IMG/VR virus record: IMGVR_UViG_2940244548_000002
Span: 32,001-96,000 of that record
DNA: 64,000 bases
Reading direction: 5' to 3' (one strand)
Source of the DNA: a virus
Taxonomy: Duplodnaviria > Caudoviricetes
A model generated the notes under the pieces. It was not told the DNA's origin, searched no databases, and saw only the letters and a list, made by a program, of their open reading frames with translations. The number at the start of each line of letters is the position of its first letter. Within the stretch, counting starts at the first letter, position 1. Shown in pieces: positions 47,821 to 57,441 of this stretch. A program made the position numbers and the translations under genes.

Positions 47821-49291
47821 CATAGTAATTGATGATGCACTACTAGATAATATACAAGCTAAAATGTGCAAAAAACGCTTTTACCATTTCGTAGAAGCGT
47901 TTTGGAGCATTATTATACCAGAAGAGCCTGTATTTAATTGGCACATTGAGTATCTGTGTGATGAGCTGCAAGAATTGGCATACTATATAATAAACAGATT
48001 GCCAAAGCCTTACGATTTAATAATAAACATTCCCCCCGGTACAACAAAGAGTACCATTGTTACCATAATGTTCCCTGCATGGCTCTGGACTGTGGATGCC
48101 AGATTGCGGGTTATTAGTAGCTCTTATTCCTCCGATGTGAGCCTAGACCATGCACAGAAGAGTAAGGATATTATCACAAGTGATAAGTACCAGAGGCTAT
48201 TTCCAGAGGTACAAATACGTAGGGATAAATCAGGTAAGGGGTTCTATGGTAACATCTCTGGAGGTGAGCGTTATGTAACATCTACTGGCTCTGCTGTTAC
48301 AGGTAAGCACGCCCATGTAATTATCAATGACGACCCCCAGAACCCAAAACAGGCAGAGAGTGATGTAATGAGGCTACAAGCCACCGAGTTTACAAAAACG
48401 CTATCCACACGTAAAGTAAACAAGAAAAACACTCCTACCATAACCATTATGCAGCGATTGCATGAGGATGATGTTACAGGGTATTTGCTCAAAAAGAAAG
48501 GCGAAAAGATAAAGCACATTTGTTTGCCAGCAGAGCTAAGCGAGCATGTAAAACCAGTGGAGCTAAGAGAAAAGTATGTCGATGGGCTGCTAGACCCTGT
48601 ACGGCTAGATAAGGAGGTTATAGAGGAAGCACGCACTGATTTGGGTACAAGGGGATTTGCGGGGCAATATGAGCAAACACCAGCCAGTGATAAGGGTAAC
48701 ATTATTAAAAAAGAATGGTTTGGGCACATATCTCTTGCCCAGTTCCTTGCTGTGCGTGGTGGTGCTCCCATGCACTTTTTCATTGATACAGCATACGATG
48801 AGAAAAAGAAGAAAACAGACAACGACCCCAGTGGTATTCTGGCAGCATGTAAAATCGGAAACCAGCTATTCATTTACCATGCCCAAAAGGTATGGAAAGA
48901 GTTTCCCGACCTCATACGCTTTTTGCCAGAGTATTGCGATGCGTGGGGATACGATGGGCGTAGCACGTTACGCATTGAGCCCAAAGCCAATGGTAAGAGC
49001 GTGGTGCAACAATTAAGAGATAGTACAGACTTGAATGTAACAGAAACACCAACCCCAATAGACAGCAAGGCTACAAGGCTAAAAACCGCTAGCCCTAAAG
49101 TTGAGTGTGGGCGTGTGATTTTGGTAGATGGTGATTGGAATGAGGATTTTGTAGAGGAAATATGCAAGTTCCCAAGTATGACACATGATGAGTATGTGGA
49201 TATACTTTACTATGCTATTGAGTACTTCCTATTGAATGACTTAACATTACCAGAGGGCATATCTAAATCATCGTTTGGGGGGCTTTTATAA
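47801..49291 (+). CDS. Terminase large subunit
   Basis: IPPGTTKS, TG, INDDP, MQRLH.DD, QY.Q.P, FP...HDE.VD. Confidence 0.95.
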   Translation: MSGSNSNIVIDDALLDNIQAKMCKKRFYHFVEAFWSIIIPEEPVFNWHIEYLCDELQELAYYIINRLPKPYDLIINIPPGTTKSTIVTIMFPAWLWTVDARLRVISSSYSSDVSLDHAQKSKDIITSDKYQRLFPEVQIRRDKSGKGFYGNISGGERYVTSTGSAVTGKHAHVIINDDPQNPKQAESDVMRLQATEFTKTLSTRKVNKKNTPTITIMQRLHEDDVTGYLLKKKGEKIKHICLPAELSEHVKPVELREKYVDGLLDPVRLDKEVIEEARTDLGTRGFAGQYEQTPASDKGNIIKKEWFGHISLAQFLAVRGGAPMHFFIDTAYDEKKKKTDNDPSGILAACKIGNQLFIYHAQKVWKEFPDLIRFLPEYCDAWGYDGRSTLRIEPKANGKSVVQQLRDSTDLNVTETPTPIDSKATRLKTASPKVECGRVILVDGDWNEDFVEEICKFPSMTHDEYVDILYYAIEYFLLNDLTLPEGISKSSFGGLL

Positions 49292-49321
49292 TATGAATAT
49301 TAACATTAAAAAATTTAAACG

Positions 49322-50755
49322 ATGGGATTTTTAGACCTATTTTTTAGCAGAATGAGGGCAGCTGTAGGCTATAAGCAATCCTTTGAGGAAAAGATACAGG
49401 CGGGCGACATTAGTGGTGCGCTGGGGCTTATGTGCCTAGAGGATAGGAAAGTTACAAAAGCATTAAACGAGTATGATATAGAGAAGCACGAAATCATGCA
49501 AAGGCAGGATAAAGCCACGTTTGATGCTAAAGGTAATTTTAAAGGGTGGGTAAAACGATGGCGGTTGCCATTAAGTTACCCAGTGTACATTAATGAGATT
49601 GCTTTGGTGTTCATTTATGGGCGACCTGTGCAATGGCTGGAGAGAACAAAGGATACCAAAAATGCCTTTGCAGCTTTCAACCATTTTATTGAGGACACGC
49701 ATTTTAATAGCAAGATAAGGCAGGCTAAACGGCTGGCAGGCTCGGAGACACAGAGTGCTTTACTCTTCCATACCTACCAAAACAAAGATGGCAAGGCTCA
49801 ATGCTTGATAAAGGTGTTAGCCAAATCTCTGGGAGATGATCTATACTACATAAAAGACCAGTACGATAGGTTGCTATATTTTGCACGTGGCTACTATTTA
49901 TCAGAGGGTGGTGGTAAAACTACCTACCATGTGGATATTTTCACCGATGATATTATTTACAGGTGCAAGCGTGGGGGGCTAGGCTGGGATATTGAGAAAG
50001 AGCCTAACTACATTGGAAAAAAACCTATAATACTCTTTGAGCAAGAAACAGAGTGGAGCGGTGCAAATCCTCTAATCAAAAGACAGGAATACATGAAGAG
50101 CCGTACAGCTGATGTAAACGACTACATGGCAGACCCAGCACTAGTAGCAACAGCAGATGTAGTAAAAGGGTTGCCAGAGAAAGATACCGAAAATAAGCTG
50201 TATGTGTTGAGCGAGAAAGGACAATTAAACTACTTAGTGCCAGAGACGGCAGATGAGCTCAAAAAACAGGAGCGAGAGGATAACGAAAGGCATATTTTCC
50301 GTGAAACCTTTACCCCTAATATTGACTTTGATACAATGTCTAAGCTCACAAATATATCGGCAAAGGCATTAAAGCAGATGATGATACTTGCTGATATTAA
50401 AGCTCAAATGCGCAAAGAGACCCACGATGAGTACCTAAAACGTATTGCAAACCTCATAATAACCATTATTGGCAAAGTAACCCATGTAGATGATGTGGCT
50501 GTGAGAACGGAATGCGAAAGGATGAAAGTTGGGCATGAGTACCAAGAACCATTTGGTGAGGATATAACCGAAGCAATAACCAATGCTATTAAAGAGGTTA
50601 ATGCTGGTGGTATGTCTAAGGAAACCCTCATTGAGCTAAACCCACTGGTAAAAGATAAGGCACAAGAGAAACAACGTATTGCAAGTGAGGAAGCCATAAG
50701 GAAACAGGAAGAGCTAGAGCAATACAAAAGAAGCATTTTCGAACCAACAGAATAA
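49322..50755 (+). CDS. Portal protein (SPP1-like)
   Basis: Follows TerL; TP, SAKALK, MSKET. Confidence 0.88.
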   Translation: MGFLDLFFSRMRAAVGYKQSFEEKIQAGDISGALGLMCLEDRKVTKALNEYDIEKHEIMQRQDKATFDAKGNFKGWVKRWRLPLSYPVYINEIALVFIYGRPVQWLERTKDTKNAFAAFNHFIEDTHFNSKIRQAKRLAGSETQSALLFHTYQNKDGKAQCLIKVLAKSLGDDLYYIKDQYDRLLYFARGYYLSEGGGKTTYHVDIFTDDIIYRCKRGGLGWDIEKEPNYIGKKPIILFEQETEWSGANPLIKRQEYMKSRTADVNDYMADPALVATADVVKGLPEKDTENKLYVLSEKGQLNYLVPETADELKKQEREDNERHIFRETFTPNIDFDTMSKLTNISAKALKQMMILADIKAQMRKETHDEYLKRIANLIITIIGKVTHVDDVAVRTECERMKVGHEYQEPFGEDITEAITNAIKEVNAGGMSKETLIELNPLVKDKAQEKQRIASEEAIRKQEELEQYKRSIFEPTE

Positions 50756-50762
50756 GTAAGTT

Positions 50763-51023
50763 ATGTATAACAAAATATTAAACGTGCTTACAAAGCACAC
50801 AGATAAAGTATTGCATTTTGCAGCAGGCATGATGGTGTGCCTGATAGTATTTATACCTCTGGGCAATTACTTTGCTCTGCTAGCAGCTGTAATAGCAGGG
50901 CTGGGCAAAGAGATAAGGGATAAAATAAGTTATGGGCGTTTTGACTGGCTGGACTTATTGGTAACTGTGGCTGGAGGGGCTTTTGTGTTTGCTTGCCTCC
51001 AGCTTAGACTGCTTTTTTTGTAA
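50763..51023 (+). CDS. Small membrane protein; similar to 19187..19420
   Basis: DK.LHF.AG...GKE.RD....DWLDL. Confidence 0.65.
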   Translation: MYNKILNVLTKHTDKVLHFAAGMMVCLIVFIPLGNYFALLAAVIAGLGKEIRDKISYGRFDWLDLLVTVAGGAFVFACLQLRLLFL

Positions 51024-51075
51024 AAAATCAACATTTTCCCAAACTCCAAGCTATTTATTAATAAATGATTGATAA

Positions 51076-54000
51076 ATGAATACAAAAAAGCTATATGGCA
51101 AATTAAACAAACGTACAGAGTTTTATGCAGCACAGGTGCGTAAAATCTACAATGAAAAGATTTCGGAGATAATCGCACTCTGTGATGGCATTGAGGTAAG
51201 CGATGATACACCGTTTAAGTTTGCCGACTATGAGGATATTGCACCAGAGGTACAGAAAACCCTGCGCAATATGTACAGCCAGCTCTACCAGAGCGTTAGA
51301 GGCAATGTTACTAAAGAGTGGAACTACTCCAACGTTGCCAATGATAAGCTGGTGCAGGGGATATTTGGGAAAAAGAGCATTGAGGATAACCACTTTGCAA
51401 AATACTTCCAGCGAAACAAGGAAGCCATGAACTCCTTTTTTGCCCGCAAAGAGGATGGTTTAGATTTAAGCCAGAGGGTATGGAAGTTTGTCGGGGAGGC
51501 AAAGGAGGAGTTAGAGCTTGCACTTGATTTAGGACTGGGTGAGGGGCTTAGTGCTGATGCTCTTAGTCGTGTTGTGCGCAACTACCTGCATGATACAGAT
51601 AAGCTGTTTAGGCGTGTGCGCAATAAGCATGGTGATTTAGTATTGAGCAAAGCAGCGAAAGCCTATCATCCTGGCAGGGGTGTTTACCGTTCATCCTATA
51701 AGAATGCCCAGAGGCTTACCAGAACCGAGACCAATATGGCATACAGGACAGCGGATATTACCCGCTGGCAGCAAATGGATTTCATTATTGGGTATGAGGT
51801 TAAGTTAAGCAATAACCACCCAGAGTATGATATTTGTGATGAACTGGCTGGCAAGTACAAAAAGGACTTTGTTTTCAAGGGGTGGCATCCAAATTGTCGC
51901 TGCTACATTGTGCCTATACTATGCACGGAGGATGAGCTAGAGCAATTAACAGAAATGATATTGCGGGGTGAAGAAAGCAGCTTTGTGCCAGCAGATATAG
52001 TGGAAGATGTACCAGAGGGCTTTAATGAGTGGATTGTAAGCCATACGGAGCAAATAGAGAAAGCCAAAATTAACAATACATTGCCATACTTCATTAAGGA
52101 TAACTATAAAAACGGTGATATAAGCAAGGGGTTTGCATGGGCTGAAAATGACAAAAATATATCTGGGTTGCAAAACTTCAATAAGCTGCTATCTAAGCAT
52201 GAGATTGATGTGGATAAGTTTACCAATATGCAGAGTTTTACAAACGAGCTCTGGAGGGAAAGCAGCAACAATGTGTATAACGATAAAGAGTTTACCCTAT
52301 CTAATGCAGTACCTAAAAACAAGGTGCAGTTTGAGCAAGCAGCCAAGCTAAGCGATAAAAAGATATTGCAGGAGCTACTAGATGATGCTTTGTATGGAGA
52401 TGATAATAGTTGGATGTTCCTTAATGATGATATACTGGAGGAGCTGCAAAAGGTTGCCACACAGAAAAGGTTTTTAAGTTCCAATGATGCTAAGTTTGTA
52501 TTTGGGTTGGATAAGGAGGCTTTGGAAAATGCAATTAAGGGCGACACAGCCATTTTCTCTGGTAGTCGTTATATTGGCACGAATTATAGTACGATAAGCC
52601 GACAGGCAATAAAAAACGGTGTGATTTCGGGAGATAATGGTGCAATCTGTGCAGTAAACATTCCTAAAGGTAGCCGATACCTCCAAACAATGGATGGAGA
52701 GGAGCAACTAGCAATGCTATTGCCAAACTCCAGATTTAAGGTAGTGAGCACTGAAACTAAAACCATTATACAGGGAGGCAAAAGCACAAAGGTGCTACAG
52801 TACAATATGGAGCTGGTAGATGATGGCTCGGAGTACGTAAAAGGGCTTACTACTGTTAAGGCAGAGGTAAAAGCAAACATAGCTGCATATAACCAAGCCG
52901 TAAAAGTTGCAAACAATGTACTAAAGGTTGCGGATGAGTGGGATGGCGTTTATGGTGTGGATATGGATAAGCTGGCAGCTCTGGTTAAAACTGGAGGTGC
53001 AAAAGAAATAAAAGCAGAAGCAACGGCTCTGGCTAAAAGTGTGAGCAAAGCCAAGCAGCAAGCAATAAACCTCTATAAAGAGCAACCTATAGAATGGGGA
53101 TTAACCAAAGAGTTTGGAGCGGATACAGCAAAGGCATTTCTGGAGAATTGGCACAAGCATGTAGATAAAGCAGCCTATATGTCTGATAGTGAGTTTTTGG
53201 AAAAGGTGATTAAGAAAGAGCTGTATTACGCAAAGCTCAATCCAACCAAGTACCCTACAACTCCAAAGTTTATCTATTACTTTGAGAAACTGGAGGTGCA
53301 ATATGAGACCAAGCTAGTAAAGACACAGCTACTAGATGAAGTGCAACATTCTTTTAACTATGCACAAAAAACAAAGAGTGCCAAAGTAAAAAGTATGGTT
53401 GCAGAGCTGCAAGATATGTTTGCTGGTACTACAAATGCTGATACTCTTAAAATTAAGATTGATGCCTTAAACAAAGAGGTTGCCCGACTGGAGAAAGAAA
53501 AAGCCAAATTAGCAGCCAAGAATGGGAAACTAATACAGGAAAATGCTTTTGAGACTACAGCTTACACAAAGGCTCGTAAAGATGCTGCTATGTGGGCTAA
53601 GACAGCAGAGGAGGCAGACGAGAAACTACGTGATAAATGTGGTGAACTCTGGAGGACAGCGACACAAGCAGAAAGAGATGCAGCGTATTACTATACAAGT
53701 GGCAGCTCCTATGTAAACGAGCCATTAAGAGGCTTAACATACTATGGCAGCAAAGGGCGTAATTCGGGTGTGGATATAACCAACTTAACCAACCTCATAG
53801 ATAAATCTACATACAACTTTGATATGTGGTTGCAACGTGGGGAGGGCGTAAATGGATTTAGTGGTAAGTTTGGTGTTGATTTAAGAGGTTTAACCGAGAA
53901 AGAGGCACAATCTCTGGTTGGTAAGATTGGAGAGGAAAAAGCCTTTATGTCATGTGGGGATGCAAAAGGTAAGGGTTTTACTGGAGATATTATTTATAAC

Positions 54001-54216
54001 ATATATTGCCCGAAAGGCACAAAGGGGCTATACTGTGAGCCATTTTCTGCTTTTGGGCATGGTAACGGACACTCTTGGGATGGGCTAGCGAAACAATCCA
54101 GTGTTGGATATGAAGCGGAGGTATTATTACAACGTAGTACTAAGTTCAAGATAACCAAGATTGAACAAAAGGGAGGTAGATGGTATGTTGATATGGATGT
54201 AGTAGGGCAACTTTAA
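51076..54216 (+). CDS. MuF (gp7-like) minor head protein fused to ADP-ribosyltransferase domains
   Basis: LS.RVW, RL.RTE...AY, ICD, HPNCRC; C-terminal YT...VN..LR, QRG, FMSC, EAEVLL.R..KF. Confidence 0.88.
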   Translation: MNTKKLYGKLNKRTEFYAAQVRKIYNEKISEIIALCDGIEVSDDTPFKFADYEDIAPEVQKTLRNMYSQLYQSVRGNVTKEWNYSNVANDKLVQGIFGKKSIEDNHFAKYFQRNKEAMNSFFARKEDGLDLSQRVWKFVGEAKEELELALDLGLGEGLSADALSRVVRNYLHDTDKLFRRVRNKHGDLVLSKAAKAYHPGRGVYRSSYKNAQRLTRTETNMAYRTADITRWQQMDFIIGYEVKLSNNHPEYDICDELAGKYKKDFVFKGWHPNCRCYIVPILCTEDELEQLTEMILRGEESSFVPADIVEDVPEGFNEWIVSHTEQIEKAKINNTLPYFIKDNYKNGDISKGFAWAENDKNISGLQNFNKLLSKHEIDVDKFTNMQSFTNELWRESSNNVYNDKEFTLSNAVPKNKVQFEQAAKLSDKKILQELLDDALYGDDNSWMFLNDDILEELQKVATQKRFLSSNDAKFVFGLDKEALENAIKGDTAIFSGSRYIGTNYSTISRQAIKNGVISGDNGAICAVNIPKGSRYLQTMDGEEQLAMLLPNSRFKVVSTETKTIIQGGKSTKVLQYNMELVDDGSEYVKGLTTVKAEVKANIAAYNQAVKVANNVLKVADEWDGVYGVDMDKLAALVKTGGAKEIKAEATALAKSVSKAKQQAINLYKEQPIEWGLTKEFGADTAKAFLENWHKHVDKAAYMSDSEFLEKVIKKELYYAKLNPTKYPTTPKFIYYFEKLEVQYETKLVKTQLLDEVQHSFNYAQKTKSAKVKSMVAELQDMFAGTTNADTLKIKIDALNKEVARLEKEKAKLAAKNGKLIQENAFETTAYTKARKDAAMWAKTAEEADEKLRDKCGELWRTATQAERDAAYYYTSGSSYVNEPLRGLTYYGSKGRNSGVDITNLTNLIDKSTYNFDMWLQRGEGVNGFSGKFGVDLRGLTEKEAQSLVGKIGEEKAFMSCGDAKGKGFTGDIIYNIYCPKGTKGLYCEPFSAFGHGNGHSWDGLAKQSSVGYEAEVLLQRSTKFKITKIEQKGGRWYVDMDVVGQL

Positions 54217-54533
54217 AGGTTGCCCTTATATGTGGTTAAATACCATTTCTTAAACTCTGGAGGGTTTGAGTAATCCCCATTTAGATGAGTGTACCTATTA
54301 AACAACAATGCTTTGAGTGTTTGAGGAGTGCCGTCTTTTCGTTCAAAATCATAGAGCCAAGCTGCATTATACTCATCAATGTAGGAGGAAAACAGATCGC
54401 TACTATTAAGGCTCATTTCAACCCATTTACTTTCGTAAAACCAAAACATATTTTTATTTTGATTCTCGGTAAAAGGGTTTTCCTTTTCTCCTTTATAGTA
54501 CCTACATTTTTGTATAAGTTGCTGCTTATCCAT
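54213..54533 (-). CDS. Hypothetical protein convergent with MuF-ART (CRYYKGE..NP family)
   Basis: Shares TTAA stop with MuF-ART; own TACCTTTG promoter at 54556-54563. Confidence 0.7.
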   Translation of the reverse strand: MDKQQLIQKCRYYKGEKENPFTENQNKNMFWFYESKWVEMSLNSSDLFSSYIDEYNAAWLYDFERKDGTPQTLKALLFNRYTHLNGDYSNPPEFKKWYLTTYKGNL

Positions 54534-54639
54534 ATCATTTACTAATTAACAACCGCAAAGGTAGACAAATTTGCTGGCATGCCAGATTTAATAAAGCCTA
54601 ACTTTTGGAAGATTAATTTAGAGCTATAATTGTTATTAG

Positions 54640-54813
54640 TATTACAACAGATATTAATATTATTAAGTTATTAGTAATATAATTGTTGAATGATATTAGT
54701 TTGCCTGTTAGAATATTGGGTTAATGTATTGTTCCCATTTTACACATGCTGAAAATAAGCCACTTAATAACTCATTTGCCTGTTAGTAGGATGTTGATTT
54801 GTCTGTTAGTAGG
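54640..54813 (-). repeat. Inverted copy of origin iterons plus AT-rich tract
   Basis: CTAACAGGCAAA x2 and CTAACAGACAAA; ATCATTCAACAA shared with 34859-34870. Confidence 0.7.
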
Positions 54814-54816
54814 TTA

Positions 54817-55407
54817 CTAATCTTTTACATTAGTAATACTGGTTAGCTCGCTGTCAATCATAAATGTAGCTTCATTCAGTACTTTTGCTCCCATTGCATT
54901 CTTCGCTCGGTACTTGTGTTCTATTGAAAAACCATCCATAATGGGAGGGGCTTTTTTTATATTCTCTTTCTCCATTTCAAAATGTTTTAATATTTGCCGT
55001 ATTGAATCTGCTGTTTTATAGTACTCGCTTTTATCCTCTTGGTTTAGAGTACTAATGCGTTCTTTTTCTTGAATCCCAATATTACTTGTTAAACTCTTAT
55101 AGGTTTCCATGTCGTTTGCCTCCAGAGCCATTAAGGCATTGCTAATAAGTAGTGTGTCTTGGTATTTTTCAATTAGGGTTTTCCCTCCATACTCTAAAGC
55201 CTCTATTTTATTTTCTTGATAATCCCAAATTGTATCTATTTTAGAAAAAACAACAGACTCATAACTTTGAGGGTCATGCAGATTTTCTTTTAAATAGTTT
55301 TTTACTAATTCTTCTGCTTTTTGTTGAGGAGACTTTGAACACCCGATAAAAGCCAATGTTGCCAATAAGAAAAAGGCTGAAATTTTTACTCTACTAAACC
55401 ATTTCAT
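54817..55407 (-). CDS. Lipoprotein (moron)
   Basis: Signal peptide with FIGC lipobox; L.DP.SYE; H.YRAKN.MG. Confidence 0.75.
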   Translation of the reverse strand: MKWFSRVKISAFFLLATLAFIGCSKSPQQKAEELVKNYLKENLHDPQSYESVVFSKIDTIWDYQENKIEALEYGGKTLIEKYQDTLLISNALMALEANDMETYKSLTSNIGIQEKERISTLNQEDKSEYYKTADSIRQILKHFEMEKENIKKAPPIMDGFSIEHKYRAKNAMGAKVLNEATFMIDSELTSITNVKD

Positions 55408-55471
55408 AATACTATTGTTTATATGTTACTAAAACCCTAAACAATAGCAATAGTGCATACCATAAAACAAG

Positions 55472-55664
55472 GCGTAGAACCATTGCCATACGCCGTCAAG
55501 GTTCACCACAAACCTACCTACTTAATGGAATGATTCTACGCTAATAGGTACAATACTCCCATAAGTAGGTAATCTGATAGCCTTATTCTGTTATCCGAGG
55601 TGGTGATTCTGACGACGATTAGGCTATAAGCGATAGAGAATATACCCAAGTAGCGTATATTCTC
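55472..55664 (-). ncRNA. Putative structured 5' leader RNA of the lipoprotein gene
   Basis: Five complementary pairs downstream of TATCTTTG promoter (55683-55690). Confidence 0.5.
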
Positions 55665-55725
55665 TTCCTTTTTTTCTATATGGCAAAGATATTACTTTTT
55701 TTATTTACAACCCGAAAAAATGCTA

Positions 55726-56517
55726 TTAATGAGGTAAATGTAGCCTGTATTTGGAGTAGAAGCTATCAAAAACAGCTTTTAAATCAGATGGTACAGTACT
55801 TAATGCAGCACTCATTACCTCCATTGGTATTCCGCAATCAGGTGTAGCTTCCGCTATGCTCCCTGTAATACATGCAATAGTATCACTATCACCTCCAAGA
55901 GATACAGCCAGCCGTATAGCATCCTCAAAGCTATTACTCTCCAGATAGCATATTATTGCCTCTGGTACAGTCTGCATACAGTTTTCATAAAACTGATAAG
56001 TCGGGCGTATTTGAGCTAATTTCCTGCTTAAATTGTAATCAAAGTTTTTTTCTATGTAATGCTTTAGGTACTCTTTGGATTCTCCATTACGTGTAAGGAA
56101 AATAGCAGATGCTACAGCCATAGCACCCTTTATGCCCTCTGGATGGTTGTGTGTACACTGGGCACTACGTTGCGCCTCCCTTTGTACTTCCTCCAGAGTA
56201 TCAAATGCCCAACCAATTGGGCTAACCCTCATAGCAGAACCGTTACCCCAGCTGTTATATGGTTGCGGGTTATCGCTCCTTAACCATGAGCCAAAAGAGC
56301 CACCATAAGAACCCATTGGGTTTGGGTACTTATTACCCCAGTAATGCAAACGCTCTGCGTATGGCTTACCCTGTAGTATAGCATCAGCGATAGCTAGAGT
56401 TAAAATACTATCATCTGTTATTTCGCTCTCTGGTGTTATTAAATCAAAACTGTAATTATTTGTATTGTCGAATTCGTAAGCACTGCCTACATAATCCCCT
56501 ATTATTGCTCCTAACAT
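55726..56517 (-). CDS. ADP-ribosylglycohydrolase (DraG/ARH1 family)
   Basis: GAIIGD, TDD, GNGSAMR, THNHP, GGDSDT. Confidence 0.95.
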   Translation of the reverse strand: MLGAIIGDYVGSAYEFDNTNNYSFDLITPESEITDDSILTLAIADAILQGKPYAERLHYWGNKYPNPMGSYGGSFGSWLRSDNPQPYNSWGNGSAMRVSPIGWAFDTLEEVQREAQRSAQCTHNHPEGIKGAMAVASAIFLTRNGESKEYLKHYIEKNFDYNLSRKLAQIRPTYQFYENCMQTVPEAIICYLESNSFEDAIRLAVSLGGDSDTIACITGSIAEATPDCGIPMEVMSAALSTVPSDLKAVFDSFYSKYRLHLPH

Positions 56518-56519
56518 AT

Positions 56520-56768
56520 TTACTCCTTTCTTTTACCTCTATTTGTTTTTGCTCTTAGCAGCGTATGCTGCGATATAACCGCTCCAGTTCTGGTAGTATA
56601 TGCCTCACTCTGGAGATTTATTTTACTCTGTAATGTATTGAGAGTTACCCCAACTACTTCCATAGGCAAATAATGGTATATGGCAGCTTTGCCACCAAAC
56701 ACCCACCGAGTAGCACCCTCATACGGTTGCCTTAACTCTACAATTATTATTTTACTACCTATTGCCAT
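56520..56768 (-). CDS. Hypothetical protein
   Basis: Operon ORF. Confidence 0.55.
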   Translation of the reverse strand: MAIGSKIIIVELRQPYEGATRWVFGGKAAIYHYLPMEVVGVTLNTLQSKINLQSEAYTTRTGAVISQHTLLRAKTNRGKRKE

Positions 56769-57072
56769 TTATTACCTCCAGTAATTCGGTTGTTACTTCA
56801 TACTTAATGCCCTCTGGCAAACTTTCTATAATGCTCCTTACAATCTTGCCTTGCCTTTTGGCTCTCCATCTCCAATATACTCTTAGCAAATTGCCAGATG
56901 ATATTTTGCGAGCTTTGTAAAGTTGAAAATTAGCGTACTCCTTTGCCAGTAATACCCTCAAAAACATTATAATAGTATTCTCAAAATTTGAGGAGGTTTC
57001 TAATAAGCGAGCCATTGAGCTGTTTAGCTCGTTAAAAGCTTCCGTTAGTTTATTTATACTATCTTTACTCAT
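56755..57072 (-). CDS. Hypothetical protein
   Basis: Start chosen at MSKDSIN, overlapping the upstream stop. Confidence 0.5.
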   Translation of the reverse strand: MSKDSINKLTEAFNELNSSMARLLETSSNFENTIIMFLRVLLAKEYANFQLYKARKISSGNLLRVYWRWRAKRQGKIVRSIIESLPEGIKYEVTTELLEVINGNR

Positions 57073-57347
57073 GGCTGCTTTTTTATAGGTACATTTACTA
57101 ATGTTTTCTGGTCGCATTGTCCTATCAGGTAATCTACAGCCAGCCATGCGATAAATCGCCCTTGTGTGCTCTTTACCCTAGTGGGTATATCATCTATAGT
57201 GGTTATCTTTTCACACAATATGTGCAAAGCCTCCTTATACCCCTCCTTAATAGCTGCATTAACATGCCTGTTTATTAGTTTTTCCTGTAACCGAGCATTA
57301 ACCATACCAATGGTTTCCTGTATCTCTTCGTCTGTTCTAACAATCAT
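57069..57347 (-). CDS. Hypothetical protein
   Basis: Follows TAATTTTG promoter (57366-57373). Confidence 0.55.
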   Translation of the reverse strand: MIVRTDEEIQETIGMVNARLQEKLINRHVNAAIKEGYKEALHILCEKITTIDDIPTRVKSTQGRFIAWLAVDYLIGQCDQKTLVNVPIKKQP

Positions 57348-57441
57348 AATTATATTTCCTTTCTGCAAAATTAGGTATTATTTATTAATTAAATAAAGAT
57401 TTTATTGAAAAATGCGTGATACATGTACACGTTTTTTTTTA

